A stretch of 56,189 nucleotides of DNA from an uncultured virus (IMG/VR IMGVR_UViG_3300027779_000014) (IMGVR_UViG_3300027779_000014), one strand, 5' to 3'; shown: positions 29,250-36,630, counted from the first letter of the stretch. Numbers and translations are program-made. Notes: a model not told the origin generated them from the letters alone.

Positions 29250-29684
29250 GGTCAGTTACGGGATTTGTTCACTCGCCACCTATCCCGTATCGGTGGGTCA
29301 TTGTGTCTAGTTGCCCCGAAGGGGCGTAAACCTCGTTCATTATTCACTTGGCCATTCTTTTTTCTAAAAACATTTTAAGTTCATTAGATGGTCCCCAACT
29401 TCCTAACACTTGACGAATAGTCAAGGGAAAGTTGTAACCTATGGCGGCTGATAAATCTAGATCCGTAATATTGTAGACTGTTGGTATTCCGGACATGGAA
29501 GCGAACTTGACTTTTATTTCGTCATTTTCCTTCCATGCAGTTCCGTAACCGGTCTTTATTATTAGTTTTCTTTCGTTCATTGGTTCATTATTCGTGCGTT
29601 TATCTTGCATGGTCAGTTACGGGATTTGTTCACTCGCCACCTATCCCGTATCGGTGGGTCATTGTGTCTAGTTGCCCCGAAGGG
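29207..29684. repeat. ~115-bp direct repeat (29207-29323 and 29571-29684) covering leader structure, motif and first codons
   Basis: Near-identical sequence; both genes begin MQDK.TNNEP. Confidence 0.95.
29344..29610 (-). CDS. hypothetical protein
   Basis: Motif-started ORF. Confidence 0.7.
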   Translation of the reverse strand: MQDKRTNNEPMNERKLIIKTGYGTAWKENDEIKVKFASMSGIPTVYNITDLDLSAAIGYNFPLTIRQVLGSWGPSNELKMFLEKRMAK

Positions 29685-29685
29685 C

Positions 29686-31419
29686 TCAACGCTGCTGTTT
29701 TCGAGCAGGCTTGCGTGTTGGTTTTTTGCTTTGCTTGGCTCGGTGATCGTAAGCATCCTTGGTTAGAGGCACTGCTTTTACTCCGATGACTGTTCTGCCA
29801 CCGATTGTCACCATTGCCGGAGTCAATTGAGACCTATTTCTCCCAATTTTTCCGTTTAAGCCGACTTTTTGCTCTCCTTTAGAACCATTGCTCTTTCCAG
29901 ATAGTTGGGCGTTCTCAAAGCCGAAAGGCCAGAATACGCTATTATCCTTTAATTGTTGCAATGCTTTTACAGTGGACTTATCCTTTTTATTTGCTTTATC
30001 GCCTATTTTTAGTAGGTAAGCGATGTTGGATAATACCCCAGTTGGCTCATAGCCGTGTTGGGCTGTCCTAGACTCAGAAGCTAAGATATTCATAATCGAA
30101 GCTGCTTTGCCTTGTCCTAAAACTTGTTGAAAGTAAAGTTCTGCCAACTTGGCTCCCTTCTTAATATCAGATACATCCCGTGGTTCAAGAGTTTTTCGTC
30201 CTCTCTTATCACAAGACTTTTCTGCTTTCGAACCTCTCATGAAGATTGAACTGTGAACTTCTATGCTATAACCTAGTTTTTGTAGAACTTTGGTTTTCAT
30301 TTCTAGCAGTTGAGACACAATTTCCCAATCAAGGAAGCGAGCGTTCTTGCTCGGATTTCGAGCGAGTTTCAGTGTACCCAAGTTCGGGTCATCTCGATCT
30401 ATTCCGTGATTGATTTGTAAATCTTTAAGGTTTCCAGTCTTAGGTAGTATGGTTTGTCCATACGGAGTTGCAAGTCTGATTAGGTTAAACCTACTCAGTG
30501 CGTTGACGCGATATACCAATATGTCTGCGTACTTTTGATTCTCTTGGCTCAGGTATTGATCCAAGTTAATGCCAAGTAATTCTTGTGCAGTTGGGTTTCT
30601 CTCAGTTATACGAGGTACGCCTTTGCCGACTTTGAACATACCAGGGGTATATTGTGGCGTTACATCATAAATAATCATAGACGCGAATTCTTTGTCGTCT
30701 GTTTCTGCGATGTAGCGCACACTTGTGCCCGCTGGTGCTAGTAACTGGAGGTCTTTTACTAATGAATCAGCATCATCTCGGCTGATTAATCCTGATGTTT
30801 TGGCTGTCTTGCCGTCATCAGATAGTAAATTGGACATCAAGGCATGAACGCTAGGATCTATTCCTATATTACCGAATGACATGGAACCTGACAATAAATT
30901 GCCAGCCACCATATTTCGGCCTTCTTGCGTTGTAGCTCCTTGTGTATCTGCTGCCTCTATAAGAGCGTGGGAAACCCACACTTCTTTATTAGGGACATTA
31001 AATGTTCCATTAGGACCTGTTTTCTCAGTTCTTTCATTTTCTTCTAGGTCTGCAAAGACTTGTTTCTTTGATTGTGCGTGCTCTTTCCCATACAATAAAA
31101 TCTCAACTTTAGAATCTCCTATAAAGAAAGTTCCGTCATTTTCTGATTTTGCATGTTCAAAAGATCTTACACACTCGATAAACTGGTCTGTTGCGTCGTT
31201 TTGCTTTGCGTTGTTTTTTATTTCTTGTGAAATAATTTTTAATGTATCTACGATAGGGCTTTTAGCATTCTTTGGCGTTGCATTTGCAATTTGCTCAAAT
31301 TGAGGCAATTTGCTAATAGCAGCCAAATCTGCTTTTAGACCCTTTAGGGTAAATTCAGTCATTATTTCATCTTTTGTCATATCAGCGTAGATTTCTACGC
31401 TTGCATTTTTCATGTGCAT
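29686..31419 (-). CDS. large hypothetical protein (577 aa)
   Basis: ACTTACC start; long ORF with no family I recognise. Confidence 0.85.
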   Translation of the reverse strand: MHMKNASVEIYADMTKDEIMTEFTLKGLKADLAAISKLPQFEQIANATPKNAKSPIVDTLKIISQEIKNNAKQNDATDQFIECVRSFEHAKSENDGTFFIGDSKVEILLYGKEHAQSKKQVFADLEENERTEKTGPNGTFNVPNKEVWVSHALIEAADTQGATTQEGRNMVAGNLLSGSMSFGNIGIDPSVHALMSNLLSDDGKTAKTSGLISRDDADSLVKDLQLLAPAGTSVRYIAETDDKEFASMIIYDVTPQYTPGMFKVGKGVPRITERNPTAQELLGINLDQYLSQENQKYADILVYRVNALSRFNLIRLATPYGQTILPKTGNLKDLQINHGIDRDDPNLGTLKLARNPSKNARFLDWEIVSQLLEMKTKVLQKLGYSIEVHSSIFMRGSKAEKSCDKRGRKTLEPRDVSDIKKGAKLAELYFQQVLGQGKAASIMNILASESRTAQHGYEPTGVLSNIAYLLKIGDKANKKDKSTVKALQQLKDNSVFWPFGFENAQLSGKSNGSKGEQKVGLNGKIGRNRSQLTPAMVTIGGRTVIGVKAVPLTKDAYDHRAKQSKKPTRKPARKQQR

Positions 31420-31439
31420 GGTAAGTATTTATGATAAGT

Positions 31440-31660
31440 AAGCAAGATTGTGGCATACTTGCTCTCTGCGGTGTCATTGAGAGTCCACCATCCTTTTGTC
31501 CTAAGTCGAGGGTTAGCACGACCAGACTTGGGATCCTTTGTTCGTCAAAGTTTTTTCTCGGCATGTTCGCTGAACCGCAGTAAAAATTGCTGCTTAGATG
31601 CTTCACCAAACCAATTATAGGTTCACCCTTTAATGGTCTGACTTATTCCACACAATATTT
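31440..31660 (-). ncRNA. putative structured ncRNA (~220 nt)
   Basis: Bounded by motif variants; stems agcaag/cttgct, tcctaagtc/gacttggga, ctgcgg/ccgcag. Confidence 0.45.
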
Positions 31661-31683
31661 TATGATAAGTATTTATGGTCAGT

Positions 31684-32100
31684 AGTTCCGTTGAGTAGTG
31701 GAAATTGAGCTTATCATTGACGCCGACCTTTTACAGTCGTCACTCAGTCATTTTCAATCTGCAGATTGTCCATGACTTGCCTTTGAATTTTTACGGCTCA
31801 TAGGTAGTAACCGGATTGATGATTTTTAGTCATCTATCCATTTCTACCCCTGTTGCTCTTTCGAGCATTTTGTGGCCTTTCGGCCTAATGGCATCATTTT
31901 ATCCTCTGGTAGAGGACTGGACTCAATTATCGGATTTCCATTCATCCGACCATTATTTATTGTTGTTGCTCTTTCGAGCGTTGCAAGGTTTCGCTTGCTC
32001 CGAACACCTCTGCAGGGTCGGTGTAGTTATGCTGTATCAACACTCCTCGAACTCTGATCGAGGACTTGTCACACACTCTTGGCTGTGTGAGCGTTTTTTA
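31684..32100 (-). ncRNA. putative structured ncRNA (~415 nt)
   Basis: Bounded by motifs; minus-strand GAAA tetraloop hairpins GCTC-GAAA-GAGC (x2) and GGCC-GAAA-GGCC; further stems. Confidence 0.6.
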
Positions 32101-32375
32101 CATGGTAAGTGCAGTTTGCGCGTACTGCTAGACGCATTATTTTTGGTGTTTGGCAATCTAAGTGTTGCCCATACTGTATATTTGCGTTTTAGTCCATATT
32201 ATCGCGGCCTAAATATACCGACCAAATAATAGTCTGCATATTGATGAATCCCTTTTTCTTTTCTTCTGGGTATTCAACCTCAATCATCTGCCTAATTTGC
32301 TTTCTGGAAAAATTTCGCATGGTAAGTGCAGTTTTGCGCGTACTGCTAGACGCATTATTTTTGGTGTTTGGCAAT
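32101..32375. repeat. ~57-bp direct repeat (32101-32157, 32318-32375) with pseudoknot and ACTTACC motif
   Basis: catggtaagtgcagttt(t)gcgcgtactgctagacgcattatttttggtgtttggcaat. Confidence 0.95.
32189..32320 (-). CDS. small hypothetical protein
   Basis: ACTTACC start at 32320. Confidence 0.55.
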   Translation of the reverse strand: MRNFSRKQIRQMIEVEYPEEKKKGFINMQTIIWSVYLGRDNMD

Positions 32376-32405
32376 TAGGGTTTGCCCAACCCATAAGATG
32401 CGGAT

Positions 32406-32510
32406 TTAGATTCTGCAATTCATTGTGCCGCACTCGCAGATTTTCCATTCTGGGTGCATTGGCAAATCATCATCGTATTCTATTCCGCATGAACATGTAT
32501 GTGTGTACAT
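32406..32510 (-). CDS. small zinc-ribbon protein (34 aa)
   Basis: ACTTACC start; CSCG...CECG. Confidence 0.6.
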   Translation of the reverse strand: MYTHTCSCGIEYDDDLPMHPEWKICECGTMNCRI

Positions 32511-32521
32511 GGTAAGTAAGT

Positions 32522-32848
32522 GTTCCAGGGCAAATTCTTTGGTCTGAAATGAGTGGGGGTCAGCACACTCATTCTCGTTGCCGATCATTACATCTCTGGA
32601 ACGGTAAGTGCCGCCACCTCCAATTAAGGAGGGCGTTAAGCCCGCATTCTCATCTGTCTGGTATAAGAGAGGAGTCCTAGGCGGATTCTGGCGACGGTAA
32701 GTGAGCCTTTTATAGATAATTACCGCGTTCTTGCTCAGGATTCCGCTTGGTAATCATAGACCTCTCATTTGACCGTAGAGAGGCTGGTGAAGGATCCACA
32801 CCCAATTCCCTCTTGCGTTATTAGGAGGGAGGTTTGGTAGATATGGAT
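32522..32848 (-). ncRNA. three motif-delimited small structured RNAs (32522-32602, 32610-32695, 32703-32848)
   Basis: Each begins right after ACTTACC with a paired 5' end (GTTCCAG/CTGGAAC; GTCGCCA/TGGCGGC; ATCCATATC/GGTGTGGAT). Confidence 0.55.
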
Positions 32849-33033
32849 GGTAAGTGCAGTTTGTGGTCATTTTCACTGCGAGACCAGGGTCAACACTGCT
32901 CTTAACTACCGAATTCATCGAGACGGCGCGTGTGCTTGTGTTGAAAATGGGATTTGGTCACTCGCCACCTTATCCCATATCAGGTGGGTCATAGTTCGTA
33001 ATTCAAGAATAAAGAGCTTGTATTTACTGCGGA

Positions 33034-33282
33034 TTAAGAAAACCTTCGATTCATTATTGCTTCTTGAATCAAATATTCTACATCTTTTTCGGCAGTCTTT
33101 AGTGCTTCGCGAGTATCTTTCAATTGTCTCAAGGCATTCCGAAATTTATTTTCGGAAATTTGGCCATTCATAAACAATCGCATTAACTGTTGCTCTAACT
33201 GCGGTTTATTCTTGTTGTTGGTCCTAACTTTACGGTGAGGTACAACCGACCCATCTCTGGGATTTGCCTGCTTATTTTGCAT
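33034..33282 (-). CDS. hypothetical coiled-coil protein
   Basis: ACTTACC motif 3 nt after tRNA CCA; start at 33282. Confidence 0.7.
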   Translation of the reverse strand: MQNKQANPRDGSVVPHRKVRTNNKNKPQLEQQLMRLFMNGQISENKFRNALRQLKDTREALKTAEKDVEYLIQEAIMNRRFS

Positions 33283-33292
33283 GGTAAGTATT

Positions 33293-33369
33293 TGGCGGGT
33301 CATACAGGGTTCGAACCTGTGGCCTTCCGGTTAAGAGCCGGACGCTCTACCTGACTAAGCTAATGACCC
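33293..33369 (-). tRNA. tRNA-Lys(CTT), CCA encoded
   Basis: GGGTCAT/ATGACCC acceptor stem, TCCGG-CTCTTAA-CCGGA anticodon arm, GGTTCGAACCC T arm, GCCA end. Confidence 0.95.
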
Positions 33370-33374
33370 GTTGT

Positions 33375-34098
33375 TCCCTCTACTGAGGGATAGTCGTATT
33401 ACCTTTTTTTAGAGTGGAAAGGTTCCACTTTGCTTTTTTTTATGTTAAGTACCGGCCTAAGCCGGTTATTTTTTCTAACATATCGCACATTTTTGGTTCA
33501 GCACCGTTATTGAACTTCCTCGAACCCACGCCACCCCGAAGGGTTTCCTAGCGTGAAATTCGCGCAAACATCCCTACCCTCGCCCTAAGCGTTAGGTGTA
33601 GTTCATAGCCCAATTTCTGTTCACCACCTTATCTCAAAGAGAAAGATGGTGTGTTGCATATCTAACGAGAGTAAGCGTCCACTGGAAATCCTGTTATTCA
33701 ACTTGAAGTCACCTTAAGGTAATCCTCTTGTTGCAGGGCCAATGTAGCCGTCAGTCTTTCGATTATTCTCTCCATACCGCTGCTGTTGTGTGATATTTCT
33801 GCATTAAGGTACATCTGCTCTATGATGTACCCCGTGTGACTTACTGTTTCCAGATATACGAGCCTCGGGAAAACTATCCTAAGGTGCATCTCGTATTAGG
33901 CTGGTTTGCTGCCAGCCCGTTTGTCATTTAACTTCTACAGGACAAGAAGACGCTAGTCTTCAAAGCATTTGTGGATCCTGTAGGTTTTCAGCCGGTAGAG
34001 TTTGCATCCCTGGTTTTCTCGACGCTTTGCAGGCATCGCTATTCAGGGAACTCCGTGAAGCCCCTTGAGGCAACCGGCTTGTGAGGATTGTCTCCTCA
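33375..34098 (-). ncRNA. putative large structured ncRNA (~700 nt) upstream of tRNA
   Basis: No credible ORF; dense inverted repeats (ggtacatc/gatgtacc, ctacagga/tcctgtag, agccggt/accggct, tacgag/ctcgta, gaagac/gtcttc, accggc/gccggt). Strand inferred from context. Confidence 0.5.
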
Positions 34099-34579
34099 TT
34101 ACATAGGCCACCGGCCCTCTAGGAGAGGGTCTGCGGCTAATATTTGGTAAGTTTTGGACCTGTTAAGGCCTCTTACATTATATAGGCCACCGGCTCTCTA
34201 GGAGAGAGACAGTTTATACTATACAATATGTATTCTAGTACCTATGCCACCGGCATTCATAAAGAAAGCCCTAAAGAGCAATTCTCAAGCTACTGCTTGG
34301 GATCACTCTGGGGTTTTTTGAGCCAGGAGCATCTGTTCCTAGGAACATTATCCTCTGGCAGATCTGTTCCTAGGAACATAATCTTAATGAGTTGGTGGTA
34401 TAAAGCACTTATTCTAGTACCTATGCCACCGGCATTCATAAAGAAAGCCCTAAAGAGCAATTCTCAAGCTACTGCTTGGATCACTCTGGGGTTTTTTGAG
34501 CCAGGAAGATCGTTCCTGGAACATAATTCTTAATGAGTTGGTGGTATAAAGCACTTATTCTAGTACCTATGCCACCGGC
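34097..34579. repeat. Repeat-rich divergent control region: 2x ~35-bp hairpin repeat and 179/146-bp tandem repeat with TGTTCCTAGGAACA palindromes
   Basis: Units at 34097 and 34177; tandem copies start 34231, 34410, 34556; palindromes 34334-34347 and 34365-34378. Confidence 0.9.
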
Positions 34580-34609
34580 TTTTATGATGGGAGCCCCTCT
34601 CCGCAACTC

Positions 34610-35530
34610 ATGAGCGACGCGCTGTCCCTAGGATCTCGGGCTTTCGAGGAATTGTTCTGCGAGTCAGGAGAACCTTCTGGATGTGCCAAGAAAGGAGGGC
34701 AGATAATTTATGAAAATGGGAAATCTGAATGCGCTTTCTGCGGATTAACGACTAAATTCGATTTCGATACATCTCCTACATTCAATAATGATAAAATGGA
34801 AAAGAGGTTCAGTTTAAGCGAAACAGGAGCTAAAAGAGGGAAGAAGCGAGCATTTAACAAATTGTTTGGCGATTCAACATATGTTGCGGCACATGAAGAT
34901 TTTTCAGGAGGCTACAAAGTCACTGACATTGGGCTTGTGAAGAAATTCAAATTGTCTGCTAACGCGGCTGCTGAAACTGAGAGAGTGTTTTATGAGATGC
35001 TGGAGAAGAATTACCAATTAGGAGGCAAGGGGTTGGATGCTGTAGTATATGCTGCTGCATTCCATGGATGTCAATTCGATTACAATTTCGTTCCAATAGA
35101 AAAGATAGTGAGAGACTCTAGTTCTATAAAGAAAGCAAATAGTCTAATCAAAAGAGCTAGGCAAGATGGCATCATTAAACTAGTGCAAAAAGATCCTGTT
35201 GCGATTTTAGAGTCGGCCCTATCAAAGCATGCATCGAGTAATTCTGTTCAAGAATTAGCAATTAAATTCGCAAAGATCTATATTCCTAACTTACGACCAG
35301 ATATTCACGCATCTGGAGCATTATACAAATCTATGAAAATTACGGGAAATAGTTCTGAAAAGAGAATTTCACAGGAAGAAATCGGAAAAAGATTCCATGT
35401 GAGTAGGAAACATGTGGGACAGGGGTATAGAGCAATTAACGAGGCTCTGACGCCTAAATCCAACCCTGGTCATTTGCCAAACATAGGTATTACTGGCGAA
35501 CAGTTGAAACTTTTGAGGGCTTTACGCTAA
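34610..35530 (+). CDS. tfb: TFIIB/TFB-like transcription initiation factor
   Basis: N-terminal Zn ribbon (C...CAFCG), cyclin-like repeats GKGLDAVVYAAAF and RPDIHASGALY, C-terminal ISQEEIGKRFHVS HTH. Confidence 0.75.
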   Translation: MSDALSLGSRAFEELFCESGEPSGCAKKGGQIIYENGKSECAFCGLTTKFDFDTSPTFNNDKMEKRFSLSETGAKRGKKRAFNKLFGDSTYVAAHEDFSGGYKVTDIGLVKKFKLSANAAAETERVFYEMLEKNYQLGGKGLDAVVYAAAFHGCQFDYNFVPIEKIVRDSSSIKKANSLIKRARQDGIIKLVQKDPVAILESALSKHASSNSVQELAIKFAKIYIPNLRPDIHASGALYKSMKITGNSSEKRISQEEIGKRFHVSRKHVGQGYRAINEALTPKSNPGHLPNIGITGEQLKLLRALR

Positions 35531-35945
35531 TTTTGTCTTTTCTCAGATGGTGCATGATATAGTGAACTTCTCGCCTGGAGAATTTACCATTTTCTTTCCT
35601 TTTTGCAGAGATCCACTTATACCTCATTTCAGAACCATCACATAGTTCAGATAAAATTTCATCACTGAACCCATACAATTCCATGATTTGCTCATCATCT
35701 ATTTCATGTTCCGGTATTAACTTCCAGATAGTTGATTTATTGGAATTGCTTGTTACATAGTCGAATGTTCTTATTTGACCTGCTTTGGTAAAAACCCCAG
35801 GATAACTAGATAGCACCCCTGCTATAGCAGAAGGGCCTCCTCCTACATGATCTGCAATAGTGCCAAATTTCAGTTCTTCGGCACCTAATTTATCATAAAG
35901 ACTGATTATTTTTGTGACTAAAGGACTTTTGAATTTCCTTCCCAC
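35490..35945 (-). CDS. putative winged-helix protein
   Basis: AIAGVLSSYPGVFTKAG...TIWKL. Confidence 0.6.
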   Translation of the reverse strand: MGRKFKSPLVTKIISLYDKLGAEELKFGTIADHVGGGPSAIAGVLSSYPGVFTKAGQIRTFDYVTSNSNKSTIWKLIPEHEIDDEQIMELYGFSDEILSELCDGSEMRYKWISAKRKENGKFSRREVHYIMHHLRKDKISVKPSKVSTVRQ

Positions 35946-35947
35946 GC

Positions 35948-36154
35948 TCAGTCCTCCGTTGACATGATGTCTTGCGCCACTACATCGTTCAAACTTTCGA
36001 TTTCGATTTCAAGTTTCATGATTTGCTTAGTCTGAGTTATCTCGGACTCCATGACGCGGTTTATTACTTGGTCAAAGGTTTCTCCTTTCCGGCCTCTTTC
36101 CAGTAATTTTTGATGTGTACCTAATCCAACTGATATGACTTTCTTCTGACTCAA
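35948..36154 (-). CDS. ribbon-helix-helix / archaeal antitoxin-like regulator
   Basis: ISVGLGTHQKLLERGRKGETFDQVINRVM; GGTGA SD. Confidence 0.65.
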   Translation of the reverse strand: MSQKKVISVGLGTHQKLLERGRKGETFDQVINRVMESEITQTKQIMKLEIEIESLNDVVAQDIMSTED

Positions 36155-36257
36155 CTCGTATTCACCGAATGCAGGCTGTTATAGTTGTCGTATAAAGGAT
36201 ATGACTATGATGTAGCCAATAGTAATCGTTTTAGTCCACCCCCCCTTCCACTGGAGC

Positions 36258-36470
36258 GTGGAAAACGAAGGCGATGAATGGCAGCCGGTAATTATGAGAT
36301 GTCTTTCGCGTGTCCGCGATAGTGAATTTGCTGTTGAAGAAGCCTTTAATCTACGAAACGAAATTAAGAAGAGAGGGTTAAACCCAGGTGCTATTGCTTT
36401 ACTACTCCTACAATTAGAGGATGCTGATCCATCCGTGGGGCAAAATAATGAAATTGATGGCTATTGCTAG
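36258..36470 (+). CDS. hypothetical protein
   Basis: 70-aa ORF. Confidence 0.5.
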   Translation: MENEGDEWQPVIMRCLSRVRDSEFAVEEAFNLRNEIKKRGLNPGAIALLLLQLEDADPSVGQNNEIDGYC

Positions 36471-36630
36471 TTGCCCTCGTTGTGGATCTAATCAAGTATC
36501 AATAGAGCATTCCTTGTCTCATTGCATAGTCTGTTCTGAAGCATGGCCCAACAGGGTGATTCTATGAATACTATTTGTGAATTAGTAAATTGCATCCATA
36601 AAGAGAGAGATTTGCAGTATTTCCCTGTTC

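Larger units (their letters stand above)
338..33289 (-). promoter_or_regulatory. Dispersed start-associated motif ACTGACC|ATG (variants ACTTACC, ACTTATC, ACTAATC), about 70 copies
   Basis: catggtcagt on + strand at 338, 626, 952, 1174, 1597, 2106, 3009, 3281, 4032 ... 26981, 29247, 29608 (52 exact by eye); catggtaagt at 28117, 31417, 32101, 32318, 32508, 33280. Confidence 0.97.

Noticed and set aside
31855..31900. Hammerhead ribozyme (GGCCGAAAGGCC stem II)
   Set aside because: Flanking CUGAnGA and GAAA core is missing.
32761..32783. Hairpin loop TACGGTCAAAT as a guide antisense to ACTGACC
   Set aside because: Only 5 nt (GGTCA) are complementary; too weak to claim.
2..33173. Plus-strand ORFs across the left arm
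   Set aside because: Antisense shadows of minus-strand genes or ncRNA regions; Ser/Phe/Leu-rich with no recognisable domains.
338..33289. Integron cassette array or CRISPR array
   Set aside because: Gaps are mostly 7-15 bp with no attC palindrome and no tyrosine integrase in the window. The repeats are only 7-10 bp, spacing is irregular, and there are no cas genes.
28117..33291. ATACTTACC equals the U1 snRNA 5' end, GGTAAGT equals the spliceosomal 5' splice site, and ACTGAC resembles a branch point
   Set aside because: Prokaryotic gene packing, intact ORFs, no introns; the splice-site form is on the non-coding strand. Treated as coincidence.
640..33303. N-terminal extensions in the ORF track ending ...LTM
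   Set aside because: LTM is the translated motif (CTG/CTT ACC ATG); true starts were moved to the motif ATG.
33581..33600. Pistol ribozyme-like GCCCTAAGCGTT
   Set aside because: No upstream complementary TTAGGGC loop or P1 stem.
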